DNA from: Bdellovibrio sp. CG22_combo_CG10-13_8_21_14_all_39_27
GTDB taxonomy: Bacteria > Bdellovibrionota > Bacteriovoracia > Bacteriovoracales > Bacteriovoracaceae
NCBI GenBank assembly: GCA_002786715.1
Contig: PCTW01000038.1
Location: forward strand, 206,304 to 270,303
Length of the DNA: 64,000 nt
Reading direction: 5' to 3'
Under the pieces are notes generated by a model that was not told where the DNA came from, did not search any database, and worked only from the letters and a program-made list of their open reading frames with translations. Shown here in pieces: positions 16,856 to 26,203 of this stretch; within the stretch, counting starts at the first letter, position 1; every line of letters starts with the position of its first letter. Position numbers and translations under genes: made by a program.

Positions 16856-18115
16856 ATGAACTTAATGGATAATCCGCTATACAAAGATGCACTTGCTCAG
16901 CTTTATCAAGCCGGCAATACAATGGGCCTTGATCCGAATATTCTGGAAAGACTAAAGCACCCGAAACGCGCACTTGTCGTTTCAGTTCCTATTCGTCTTG
17001 ATGATGGTTCTGTTCGCACGTTTATGGGCTATCGAGTGCAACACAATATGACGATTGGACCGGGAAAAGGTGGTATTCGTTTTCACCCAAATGTGGATTT
17101 AGCAGAAACTGCTGGTCTCGCAATGTTGATGACATTTAAATGTGCTCTGGTTGGACTTCCTCTTGGCGGTGCCAAAGGTGGCATTAACGTCGATCCTAAC
17201 GAACTCTCTCGTCAGGAACTTCAAGCACTCACTCGTCGTTACGCTACAGAAATTTCAATGATCGTCGGACCTAACATGGATATTCCTGCACCAGATATTG
17301 GTACAGACGGACAAACTATGGCGTGGTTCATGGATACATACTCTCAAATTAAAGGTTTCGCCGTTCCTGGCGTTGTTACAGGTAAGCCAATTTCAGTTGG
17401 TGGTTCTCTCGGCAGAACGGAATCAACAGGTAAAGGTGTCGTTTATTGTGTGAACTTCGCAGCTCAAAAAATGGGAATGAAAATAGATCACACTACTAGA
17501 GTTGTTATTCACGGCTTTGGTAAAGTGGCAATTCCTGCAGCCATGGATCTTATGGCCCAAGGAGCGAAAATTATCGCTGTCTCTGACGTGTCAGGGGCGA
17601 TCTATAATCCAGAGGGAATTGATATTAAGAAGGCTGTTGAATGGACTCGTGAAAAACGATTCTTAAAAGGCTTACCAGGTGTTGAGCATATAAGTAACGA
17701 AGAGTTGATTGGCATGGAGTGTGATGTTTTTATTCCCGCGGCCATCGACGGTATTATTACTGAAGCGAACATGCATACAGTAAGAACAAAGATTATTGCA
17801 GAAGGAGCCAACGGCCCACTTACAAAAGGTGCGGTTGATTATCTTCACAATAAGGGCGTTTTCATTATTCCAGATATTCTATGTAACGCCGGTGGTGTGA
17901 TCGTTTCATACTTCGAATGGGTACAAGGTATGCAGAATTTCTTCTGGGGATTAGATGAAATCAATAAGAAACTTCACGACATTCTGAAGCAATCATTTTC
18001 AGAAGTTGTTGGAGCTGCCGATCAATACAAAGTAAATATGAAGACTGCAGCCTTAATCGTTGCTCTTCGTCGCCTCGAGCGCGCTATGAAGCTCAGAGGA
18101 TTGTTCCCAGGATAA
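16856..18115 (+). CDS. Glutamate dehydrogenase (Glu/Leu/Phe/Val dehydrogenase family)
   Basis: GPGKGGIRFHP, GLPLGGAKGG and the Rossmann motif IHGFGKV. Confidence 0.9.
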   Translation: MNLMDNPLYKDALAQLYQAGNTMGLDPNILERLKHPKRALVVSVPIRLDDGSVRTFMGYRVQHNMTIGPGKGGIRFHPNVDLAETAGLAMLMTFKCALVGLPLGGAKGGINVDPNELSRQELQALTRRYATEISMIVGPNMDIPAPDIGTDGQTMAWFMDTYSQIKGFAVPGVVTGKPISVGGSLGRTESTGKGVVYCVNFAAQKMGMKIDHTTRVVIHGFGKVAIPAAMDLMAQGAKIIAVSDVSGAIYNPEGIDIKKAVEWTREKRFLKGLPGVEHISNEELIGMECDVFIPAAIDGIITEANMHTVRTKIIAEGANGPLTKGAVDYLHNKGVFIIPDILCNAGGVIVSYFEWVQGMQNFFWGLDEINKKLHDILKQSFSEVVGAADQYKVNMKTAALIVALRRLERAMKLRGLFPG

Positions 18116-18615
18116 TGCGATTTTCTTTAATTCTTTTTTTCTTTTTGTCATCATGCTTGAGAGCGGAAGTTCTCAAGCACGATGTTATCGCTCGAGATGA
18201 ACAATACATTGCTTTCAATGACGTTTGTGAATTCATGGGACACAAGCACAATCTGATTATAGAACATGACAGTTTGACCACGCTTGATTGTATGGGATCA
18301 AAAGTAAATGTCTTTGAATATTGTCTAAAGAAATATGGAAAAGAGAAAAAAATTCTTCGCGGTTACATTCAAACAAAATTAAAAGAAGTCGTCTGTGAAA
18401 GTGGAGAGCAAGTGACTCTCTCTATTGGCTGTGACAAGCGAGACCAGCATTTTTGCAAAGATCCGATTAAGGGCTGTGAAGAATTGCGAAAGATCTATGC
18501 TTATTCTTTAACGCTTTTCCATCATTCGTTTATTCCTAAAGATGTCGATGATGGGCTCAATTGTTATTATAGCTTAGAAAAAAATGAAGCTAAGCCAAAT
18601 CCAAAAAATCCTTAA
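18115..18615 (+). CDS. Cys-rich lipoprotein
   Basis: Lipobox FFLSSC, and 10 Cys in the mature part. The ATG overlaps the preceding gene's stop codon (TAATG). Confidence 0.5.
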   Translation: MRFSLILFFFLSSCLRAEVLKHDVIARDEQYIAFNDVCEFMGHKHNLIIEHDSLTTLDCMGSKVNVFEYCLKKYGKEKKILRGYIQTKLKEVVCESGEQVTLSIGCDKRDQHFCKDPIKGCEELRKIYAYSLTLFHHSFIPKDVDDGLNCYYSLEKNEAKPNPKNP

Positions 18616-18686
18616 ATTCATAACTTACCTCACGTCTTCATAAAAGAGACTTTTGCTTTCTTTGACTTTCATCAAAGGAGGTCACA

Positions 18687-19217
18687 ATGGTCGATCAAAT
18701 TTTATGCGCCCTTCCCCTTGGTCGCGAACAACTGCTCACGCCCATCTTTGGCTACGCTAATAGAGGAGTGCCAGGAATTGAAATTATTGGCCTTGGTCAA
18801 CAAGGGCGAAGTCTCAAGGAAAAAATGATTTATCTGAACAAACTCAATGGTTGGGATATTCCTCTAAGGAAATACCTTTTGTGTTTAGAAAGTGAAGAAT
18901 GGGAATTGGTGAAGAAGGGAGATCGCAGAAATATAGAGCTTCCCCTATGGCTTCTGTATTTAAAATTAGCAGGCAAAATTAAAATGCGAACGATGAAAGA
19001 TGTCATTGCCGCCGGAAAGATAAGTTCGCGTGGAGAGATTGAGTGTATCAACTTTCATCCGGCCGCTAGAGCAGAGTGGAGTTTGCAAGAATTGATTCCT
19101 ATTGTAGGACAACTGGAACAAGGGCAGCGCTCTATTCTGCTTGATGAGCTTCTCCTACCCTTGAGACAGGAAGCTGAACCCAAACTTCGCTTGATAGAAA
19201 ATTGTTTAAATGGATAG
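18687..19217 (+). CDS. Stand-alone ComM/YifB (Mg-chelatase ChlI) N-terminal Lon-like domain protein
   Basis: GVPGIEIIGLGQQGRSLKEKM...LRKYLLCLES...IELPLWLLYLKLAG aligns by eye with the YifB N-terminus GLPGLTMVGLPETTVKEARDRV...KITINLAPADL...YDLPIAVALLAA. No AAA+ module follows. Confidence 0.4.
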   Translation: MVDQILCALPLGREQLLTPIFGYANRGVPGIEIIGLGQQGRSLKEKMIYLNKLNGWDIPLRKYLLCLESEEWELVKKGDRRNIELPLWLLYLKLAGKIKMRTMKDVIAAGKISSRGEIECINFHPAARAEWSLQELIPIVGQLEQGQRSILLDELLLPLRQEAEPKLRLIENCLNG

Positions 19218-20183
19218 TGTTTTAACCAGCTCCATATTTTGAGGTAGGTACTCATCTTTCTTCTTCAAGCATTCTTGAAGAGGAACAGAGGTCACTTCAC
19301 CTTTGATATAAGCAGTAACAAAAGCTTGTTTTCCTGCCAGAATTTCAGAAACGGCCCGGTAACCCATTTTAGAAGCGATAAAGCGATCTATCGCAGATGG
19401 GTTACCCCCTCTTTGAATATGACCCAAAATACAAACATGGGCATCGATTCCAAATTTTTCTTTCAGTCCTTTCTGAGCTTCATAAGCAAGTCCTGGCTTA
19501 TTTCCTTCGGCGCATATGATAATCGAAGAATTTTTTCCACGAGACATACCGCGCTTAATATCTGAAGCAATCGAATCAAAATCGATTTCATCTTTAGGAT
19601 AAATAACATTTTCTGCACCGGTGCAAACACCTACATGAAGGGCAATTGCAGGAGAGCGTCTTCCCATTACTTCGACGATAAAAGTACGAGCATGTGAGTG
19701 AGCAGTATCGCGAATCTTATCCACAGCATCCACTGCCGTTTGAACAGCCGTATCAAATCCAATGGTGTAATCAGTTCCGCTAATATCGTTATCAATTGTT
19801 CCTGGAATACCTGCGACGATGACTTTATGTTCTTCGTGGAGGGCCCAGGCGCCATTAAAAGATCCGTCTCCGCCTATCACGACGAGGGCATCAATCTTTT
19901 TACGTCTTAAGATATGGGCAGCTTCTTTACGAATATCGGGTTCGTGAAATTCTTTGCAACGTGAGGTTTGAAGAATCGTTCCACCGTGTTGAAGAATATT
20001 TCCTACACTCGAAGCATTCATCGGAATAAAATTTCCTTCGAGTAAGCCTTGATACCCTCTGACTATTCCATAAGGTTGAAGTCCATTATTGATGGCCGTT
20101 CTCACAACAGCGCGAATAGCACAATTCATCCCAGGAGAATCGCCGCCGCTACAAAGTATGCCGATATTTTTAATTTGTGTCAT
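19206..20183 (-). CDS. pfkA: ATP-dependent 6-phosphofructokinase
   Basis: Motifs GILCSGGDSPGMN, VIGGDGS, GTIDNDI and MGR. The start was trimmed to MTQIKN (20183) because the longer ORF overlaps gpmI. Confidence 0.9.
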   Translation of the reverse strand: MTQIKNIGILCSGGDSPGMNCAIRAVVRTAINNGLQPYGIVRGYQGLLEGNFIPMNASSVGNILQHGGTILQTSRCKEFHEPDIRKEAAHILRRKKIDALVVIGGDGSFNGAWALHEEHKVIVAGIPGTIDNDISGTDYTIGFDTAVQTAVDAVDKIRDTAHSHARTFIVEVMGRRSPAIALHVGVCTGAENVIYPKDEIDFDSIASDIKRGMSRGKNSSIIICAEGNKPGLAYEAQKGLKEKFGIDAHVCILGHIQRGGNPSAIDRFIASKMGYRAVSEILAGKQAFVTAYIKGEVTSVPLQECLKKKDEYLPQNMELVKTLSI

Positions 20184-20193
20184 AGCTTTATCC

Positions 20194-21729
20194 TTATTCA
20201 AAAATGGTATTACCTTCAAATGTTGGTGGATATTCAATATTGAGTCCATGAAGCACAGTGGGTGCCACATCTTTCAATGCTTTCTCTTTATGAGTTTCAA
20301 TGAGCTGCTGATTTAAAAGTTTCGGATGAATGGCGCAAAAAGGAACAGGGGCTCCAGTGTGAGAAGTGTGAGGAGAGCCGTCTTCGTAAACCATTTGATC
20401 ACAATTGCCATGATCAGCAGTGACGAGCATTAATATATTTTCATGCTGACATTTTTCATAGAGAAGTTTTAAACACTGATCGAGAACTTCAACAGCTTTC
20501 ACCGCTGGAAGATACTTGCCAGTATGTCCCACCATGTCGCCATTAGCGAAGTTCACTAGATAAAAAGTATAAGTAGGATCAGATAGAGCAGCCAGCAATT
20601 GCTTGGTTACTTCAGGGGCGCTCATTTCAGGCTTTAAATCGTAAGTCGCAATTTCCTTTGGAGAAGGAATTAGCGTTTGCTTCTCTCCAGGAAAAGGCTT
20701 CTTCTCCCCACCATTAAAAAAATAAGTGACGTGGGCGTACTTCTCAGTTTCAGCAATTTTAAATTGAGAATATCCTTTTTGGGACAGATATTCACTTAGT
20801 CCTCCAGGTACTCTTTCTTTGTCGAAGAGAATCGGCAAGGGGACTTCATCTGGCACATAGGGAGTCATGCATAAAAAATAACCAAGCTTTGCATCGGTTT
20901 TGAACTCCTTAAATTTCGGATCGGTAAAGGCAAGTGTTATCTGAATGGCGCGGTCTGGACGAAAGTTAATAAAAAATAAACAGTCATCTTTTTTTATCGC
21001 ATAATCTTTCTTAAACAGAATTGGATTTACAAACTCATCATAACGTCCATCTTTGTACTCACTCTGCAAATACTCTAGTGGATCAATGGTCTTGATCTCA
21101 GCTTGGCCCGTCATCATTTTATAAGCGCGTTCGATTTTTTCCCAGCGACGATCGCGGTCCATTCCTATCGATCGCCCCTGCATACTCGCGAAAGTGAGAC
21201 CCGGAACTTGATTGAGCATCTCGATATACTTCCCACCACAATCTTGAGCTGTATCTCTTCCATCCATAAAAGCATGGAAATAGATTTCAAAATCTCCATG
21301 TGATTGAATAGCTTTAACGGTTTCTATCAGATGATTAATGTGGGAATGGACTCCCCCATCTGAGAGAAGTCCCATCAGGTGAATGCGTTTGGTTTTAGTT
21401 TCTGCAGTCTTGCAAAGCTCGATTAACAAAGGAAGATTGGCAAAACTTTTATTTTCTATGGATTCATTAATTCGTACGAGATCCTGACGGACAGGCTTTC
21501 CTGCTCCAAGATTCATGTGTCCTACTTCGGAATTTCCAGGAACACCTTTTGGCAATCCAACTGCAGTGCCGCCAGCTTCAATTGTTGTGAAAGGATAGTT
21601 GTTAAAGAGAAAATCAATAGTCGGCTTTTTGGCATCTTTAACAGCATTTTTCTGAGAGTTCGCATTGATTCCAAAACCATCTAAAATAATGAGGAGAACT
21701 TTTTGCGAAATACCTTTAAGAAGAGCCAT
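20194..21729 (-). CDS. gpmI: 2,3-bisphosphoglycerate-independent phosphoglycerate mutase
   Basis: Motifs GNSEVGHMNLGAG, SDGGVHSH and TADHGN; 511 aa. Confidence 0.92.
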   Translation of the reverse strand: MALLKGISQKVLLIILDGFGINANSQKNAVKDAKKPTIDFLFNNYPFTTIEAGGTAVGLPKGVPGNSEVGHMNLGAGKPVRQDLVRINESIENKSFANLPLLIELCKTAETKTKRIHLMGLLSDGGVHSHINHLIETVKAIQSHGDFEIYFHAFMDGRDTAQDCGGKYIEMLNQVPGLTFASMQGRSIGMDRDRRWEKIERAYKMMTGQAEIKTIDPLEYLQSEYKDGRYDEFVNPILFKKDYAIKKDDCLFFINFRPDRAIQITLAFTDPKFKEFKTDAKLGYFLCMTPYVPDEVPLPILFDKERVPGGLSEYLSQKGYSQFKIAETEKYAHVTYFFNGGEKKPFPGEKQTLIPSPKEIATYDLKPEMSAPEVTKQLLAALSDPTYTFYLVNFANGDMVGHTGKYLPAVKAVEVLDQCLKLLYEKCQHENILMLVTADHGNCDQMVYEDGSPHTSHTGAPVPFCAIHPKLLNQQLIETHKEKALKDVAPTVLHGLNIEYPPTFEGNTIFE

Positions 21730-21773
21730 TTGTCACCTGCGTCAAATATGTCTAATTTAAGCCCTGTTTTACC

Positions 21774-23399
21774 TTAAAAGGTGTAAGTCAGTCCAGAACT
21801 CATGGTTAGAGTCTTAACTATTTGAGAATCACGCCTTTTTCTCTGAGAATTACTGAACGAAGCGTTGAATGAGAGCTCTGGTAAAAATTTGAATTGGTAA
21901 GTATAGGAAGCACCGAAATACCACTCAAGGTAGCTCTCGCTTTGTTCATTATTCGTTTTGCTCTCGATACTGAGATCAGTAAAGAGTGCATGTCGATCAG
22001 CAAGGTCACTAAAATTACTGATAGAAAAAGAAGTTAATTCAGAATGGCCCAAGGTCGATGTCTCCGTTTTTCGTGGAGTATGCCTTAAAGAGTATGAAGG
22101 CATAAAATACTTTGAGAAGCGATACGGAGAATAATCAATCTGAAATGAAAGAGCATAAGTATTTTCGGAACTTGATGAGACCGTTAAATCATAGGGAAGT
22201 GAATAGGAAATAATTCCTGATTTTAAAGAGTGTGAGTATTGAGGAGTGATAATGTGCAATGTTGAAGATTGTTGTATGGGATCTTCAGTAGAGGGCCTTA
22301 AGTAAAAAATATTAAAATTGTAACGAAGCTTCCACTGACTTTTATCTTCTGCACTACTTTTAAGTTCAGTGGTTAAGGCCATGGTTCGACTGTCTTTTAA
22401 GTTGAGGAGAGGATCAGCCGCCTTCTCATCAATAAATGTTCCACCAAGAAGAAAATTGAGATCTGATTCGAAAGTGTGAAGAAAGAACGCATTGAAGCCA
22501 CGAGAATGAACGTAACCATTTTTTTTCTTATAAAATGTTTCGTTGTTGGAACCTGTAAAATTGCTGAGTTCCTCTTCGGTTAAATCGTGAGAGTTGCTAC
22601 TATATTTTAAATTATAAAAAGCACTTGTTGAAATCAAAGTGCCTTTGAGAGCTTGAAGATAAGCAGATGAGAATTCTTTAACGACGGGAGAGCTTTTACT
22701 GTCGAGATATACAGACTTTAAGTAGAGACTGCCAGCATCTGTAAATCCTGATTTTAACAAAGTCTCGCCTAATAAAAATTCTAATTCTTTTGATTTGTTT
22801 TTGTCAGGATTCTTATCGTGCTCAAAGAGTTCTTGAGCCTCAAGAATATGATCAATGGCGATATCATAGTTTTCAAGCTGACTATTAATTCTTGCAAGGG
22901 CCATTTGAGTATCAGCTTCTCTAATTTTATAAAACTGACAAATGCTCAAATATTTAAAGGCGAGGAGAGTCAGCTGATTTTTAGATTGCGGTAAGCCATC
23001 TTGCTCTATTGCTTGAAGATAGAGAGAAGCAATTTCAAAATAAAGTTCTTTGGCTGTTTCATTGGGAACTGGAACTCTTTCCAAAAAACGAGGAAAGGAT
23101 TTAGTCACTCTCGTTTTAAGCAAATAGGGTCCGTGAAACTTTCTCACCAAATAATAATAAACTCGAAAGCCTTTAGCATAGTCGCGATGATCGAAATGAT
23201 AGCGGGCCAGAAGTTTAAAACTTGGAACATGAATTGTTTTAGAATTGAGGTTCATGGTGAGAAGGCGAACGGCATCAGCTTCACGACCATCAATCATCGC
23301 CAACTCGGCCTTGGCGTAGCGAACTTCTTGGATCTCCGCTAAGGAAATAGCATGAACGCTCAAGGGCATGAGAATTAGGTAAATCAAAAGTAATTTCAC
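21774..23399 (-). CDS. Outer-membrane protein: N-terminal TPR-like helical region plus C-terminal beta-barrel
   Basis: Signal peptide ...MPLSVHA. The first ~250 aa contain helical repeats, the C-terminal half has an alternating beta pattern, and the protein ends in LTYTF. Confidence 0.5.
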   Translation of the reverse strand: MKLLLIYLILMPLSVHAISLAEIQEVRYAKAELAMIDGREADAVRLLTMNLNSKTIHVPSFKLLARYHFDHRDYAKGFRVYYYLVRKFHGPYLLKTRVTKSFPRFLERVPVPNETAKELYFEIASLYLQAIEQDGLPQSKNQLTLLAFKYLSICQFYKIREADTQMALARINSQLENYDIAIDHILEAQELFEHDKNPDKNKSKELEFLLGETLLKSGFTDAGSLYLKSVYLDSKSSPVVKEFSSAYLQALKGTLISTSAFYNLKYSSNSHDLTEEELSNFTGSNNETFYKKKNGYVHSRGFNAFFLHTFESDLNFLLGGTFIDEKAADPLLNLKDSRTMALTTELKSSAEDKSQWKLRYNFNIFYLRPSTEDPIQQSSTLHIITPQYSHSLKSGIISYSLPYDLTVSSSSENTYALSFQIDYSPYRFSKYFMPSYSLRHTPRKTETSTLGHSELTSFSISNFSDLADRHALFTDLSIESKTNNEQSESYLEWYFGASYTYQFKFLPELSFNASFSNSQRKRRDSQIVKTLTMSSGLTYTF

Positions 23400-23559
23400 A
23401 TATTTAGTTTAAGAGATGGGGCTACTTTTGAAAATGAGGGGAAAGATAGGTCCTTGAATACAGGTGTCGCCTATAATTGTTGACGCTTTTACTCAAGAGA
23501 AGTCCACGTTCAGCCGATAAGTCCTTGTAACTTCGAAGTTAACAAAGTCTGGGGCTATT

Positions 23560-25290
23560 ATGAAAAAGATGAAAATGGTGGCGATATTTCTCTCAATTTT
23601 TACCTTCTTCTTAAGCAGCGGTGCTTACTGTCAGGACCATGCTGGAAGAATCGTCAAAGTCTTTGGTGAAGCCAAGCTAATCAATATCGATGGTCAAGAA
23701 AAGTCTCTTCATATTGGGGACTACGTTCATGAAGGTGAGCAGATTGAAACAAGTAAAAGCAGTATGGTTAAACTGCTTATGAACGATGATACCCTTTTTC
23801 ACGTGGGACCCAATTCCCACTTTGTATTAGAGAAGTTTCAGCTTATTACAAAGTCGGATCGCCAAGCGGTTTATCATCTTTTGAAAGGAAAGATGCGCTC
23901 TTTATTTACAATTAAAGCTGAGAAAGACCAATTGAAAATTAAGACACCAAATGCGGCGATGGGTGTTCGAGGAACGGAAATTGTCTCAGATGTTTATATG
24001 AAAGATGAAAAACTTCAAACAGACATTGCTTTAGTTTCAGGCAAGCTCGAAATTGAAGGAATTGATGACAAGGGACAAGGTAGTGTTTACGAACTTAATG
24101 CTGGAGAGCTTTTTTCGGCCAGAGTTTCTGAGGGAAAATCCAATGCTATTAAGAATGCGATTAAGCTTGATGAAAAAGTATTGCAACAGTTAAGAGGAGG
24201 AGAGAAATCTGGAAAGCTTTTTCTTCACGATGCGATGAAAGCAGCTGGACAAGATATTACAGCTCGTTTTGATTTCTCATCACAAAGACCACGCTTCAGA
24301 CGAAAATCAGAAGATCGAGCTCCCGCATCAGTAAACGAAAAGTCTCTTGAGGAAGATAAGCATATTAATCTGAGAGAAGTTTCACAGAGCGTGAAAGGCA
24401 TCCATGAAAACATTGCTGATTCGATTCGAGCAGCTGTCGAAAAAGTAGTGGAATCAGAATCAGATGCCAAAGCTGACGTCGAAACTGAAATGAAAGCACT
24501 CTCTATAGCACGCAAGAAGATTAAAGAAGTGAGAGATGATATTGTTCGAGAAACGGCCGATGAAGCTACTTCAAAAGCAACTGATATCATTTTAAACAAA
24601 GGGGATAAGCATTTCAGCTCTACTTCAACAGGGACTGGAATTAGTGAAATTGCACGCGAGGCAAGAGAAACAGGAAGTACTTTCGCTAAAAAATTGGCGA
24701 TTGAGAAATTGGAAGACCGAGCAGCTTCTAAAGTCCAAGGGCAAGTTGAAAACGAGATCTATAATAAGACCATGGAAACTGTTGAGACTAAAACTATGGC
24801 CAAAGCTCTTAGTGCAGCTTTGGCCGCTGCTAAAAAATCTTCGATGGAGTCAGGTATCGAAATGAATAGCGATATCGAAAAATTGGCGAGGTCTCTTGCT
24901 GAAGCGGCGACTCAAAAGGCTTCTGGAATTGCAGCAGATAAGGCGGTTCGAGAGGCTTCGCAAAAGGCGATGGCCCAAGCGGTAAAGGAAGCCTCTCAAG
25001 AAATTGCAGAGCGAGCGGCCAGGATAGCAGGCGATAAAGCAGCTAATGAGTCTGTTCGCAAAACTCAAATGGAGATTCGCAATCGACTGATGAAAGGCAA
25101 TATCATGGAAAAAAGCATGCGCCTTCCTGCTAGCGTTCAAATGGATCAGCAAAGAAGAATTGATAGAGAAATTCAAAATACCACCATCCTTAATAAGGAA
25201 ACGGAGCAAATTCGCCTTCAACAAGAAGAGTACAAGCTATTGCCTCCGCCGGACACAACACTCAAATGCGGATCCACTCTAGGGTGTTAA
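23560..25290 (+). CDS. Secreted FecR-domain protein with a long Ala/Lys/Glu-rich coiled-coil tail
   Basis: Signal peptide present. The FecR-like block is GDYVHEGEQIETSKSSMVKLLMNDDTLFHVGPNSHFVL ... MGVRGTE, and the C-terminal ~330 aa are low complexity. Confidence 0.6.
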   Translation: MKKMKMVAIFLSIFTFFLSSGAYCQDHAGRIVKVFGEAKLINIDGQEKSLHIGDYVHEGEQIETSKSSMVKLLMNDDTLFHVGPNSHFVLEKFQLITKSDRQAVYHLLKGKMRSLFTIKAEKDQLKIKTPNAAMGVRGTEIVSDVYMKDEKLQTDIALVSGKLEIEGIDDKGQGSVYELNAGELFSARVSEGKSNAIKNAIKLDEKVLQQLRGGEKSGKLFLHDAMKAAGQDITARFDFSSQRPRFRRKSEDRAPASVNEKSLEEDKHINLREVSQSVKGIHENIADSIRAAVEKVVESESDAKADVETEMKALSIARKKIKEVRDDIVRETADEATSKATDIILNKGDKHFSSTSTGTGISEIAREARETGSTFAKKLAIEKLEDRAASKVQGQVENEIYNKTMETVETKTMAKALSAALAAAKKSSMESGIEMNSDIEKLARSLAEAATQKASGIAADKAVREASQKAMAQAVKEASQEIAERAARIAGDKAANESVRKTQMEIRNRLMKGNIMEKSMRLPASVQMDQQRRIDREIQNTTILNKETEQIRLQQEEYKLLPPPDTTLKCGSTLGC

Positions 25291-25292
25291 AT

Positions 25293-25329
25293 TGTCTAAA
25301 CTTTAGACACAGGCATCAAACATTAGACA
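25293..25329 (+). promoter_or_regulatory. Palindrome TGTCTAAA-C-TTTAGACA plus a third TTAGACA half-site. It is a candidate enhancer-binding-protein site upstream of the sigma-54 promoter.
   Basis: Perfect 8+1+8 palindrome at 25293-25309, with an extra half-site at 25323-25329. These lie 42-78 bp upstream of the -24 element. Confidence 0.35.
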
Positions 25330-25370
25330 TTGAGTCCCCACCTAAAAGCTTGATTTAAGAACAGAGTCTT

Positions 25371-25386
25371 TGGCATCGCCATTGCA
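25371..25386 (+). promoter_or_regulatory. Sigma-54 (-24/-12) promoter TGGCAT-N5-TTGCA
   Basis: tGGcatcgccattGCa lies about 70 nt upstream of the ATG at 25458, which has a GGAAGGAG RBS. Confidence 0.65.
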
Positions 25387-25457
25387 TCTCACTTCCATGA
25401 AACAAACTATAAACTTAATAGACAGTCTAACTGTCACGTTTTTGGAAGGAGTATTTT

Positions 25458-26051
25458 ATGAAGCGCAAGAATTGGTTAAAATTCTTTGCCATAATGGGGC
25501 TTGCCGCGGTGGTAGTCGCTTGTGGAAAAGATAATAAGAATGCTGGCGAAGCTGTAACGGCTGTAACAAACCCAGTCTTTGTGGGTCAAAATCAACAAGT
25601 ATCTGCTGATTATAATTCGTTTTTGAGTCGTGTTGATAACTCTCAATTTGCTGCTGTCTCACAATCAAGAACATTTTATTATTCGCGATTAAGTGGAACA
25701 TCAAGTGATAATAACTGTAAAACTTTTTTAGGGTTTATTAATTACTGTAGCTACTCAAGCTCATCAAGCTATTCGACAGCTGGATCTTTTACGAGATACT
25801 ACTCAGCTTTCAATGGTGCAACGACTCACGAGCTTGGCACGAATATTACTGATGTCCATAACAATATGAAAAACTTAGTTCGCAACATTAAAGACTTTAG
25901 AATTGGAAATGGTTATACACAGATTTTTTACATCTTAACTAACGATGATATTGTGTATGCTTTCGATTTTAGTCAACCATTAGCAGCTAACCCTGTATAT
26001 CAATCAAAGGCTGATGGCACTGGTTATACTCTTATTCCTTCATATTACTAA
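25458..26051 (+). CDS. Lipoprotein of unknown function
   Basis: Lipobox VVACGK, and the mature protein is Ser/Tyr-rich. Confidence 0.5.
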   Translation: MKRKNWLKFFAIMGLAAVVVACGKDNKNAGEAVTAVTNPVFVGQNQQVSADYNSFLSRVDNSQFAAVSQSRTFYYSRLSGTSSDNNCKTFLGFINYCSYSSSSSYSTAGSFTRYYSAFNGATTHELGTNITDVHNNMKNLVRNIKDFRIGNGYTQIFYILTNDDIVYAFDFSQPLAANPVYQSKADGTGYTLIPSYY

Positions 26052-26081
26052 GCTTCCCCCGGCTTAGTGAGTTGTCAAATA

Positions 26082-26109
26082 AAGCCCTCTTCCCCCGGAG
26101 GGCTTTTTT
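26082..26109 (+). terminator. Rho-independent terminator
   Basis: Stem AAGCCCTC/GAGGGCTT followed by a T-run. Confidence 0.7.
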
Positions 26110-26203
26110 ACGTCTAAGTGCTACAGTCAATTAATATCATCTTTTCTCCACTCCACATTCGCGGCATAATAAGAAATCTAGAAAATGTAATTGGAGAAGA
26201 ATC

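Noticed and set aside
20184-20270. N-terminal extensions in the ORF track (19206-20270, 4160, 8198, 9376, 15902, 39816, 44995-45186, 49730, 50986 and 54554).
   Set aside because: In each case the extension overlaps a neighbouring gene or terminator hairpin, or lacks an RBS. A downstream in-frame start with a signal peptide, conserved N-terminus or RBS fits better.
23513-23520. Perfect FliA (sigma-28) -10 octamer GCCGATAA 40 nt upstream of the FecR-domain gene.
   Set aside because: No acceptable TAAA-type -35 element occurs at the required spacing, and an 8-mer is expected by chance about twice in this window. It is kept only as a weak possibility.
24225-25224. Two 124-aa antisense ORFs inside the FecR-domain gene.
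   Set aside because: They mirror the Ala/Lys/Glu-rich coiled-coil coding region, and their translations are Ser/Leu/Phe-rich mirror images without start context.
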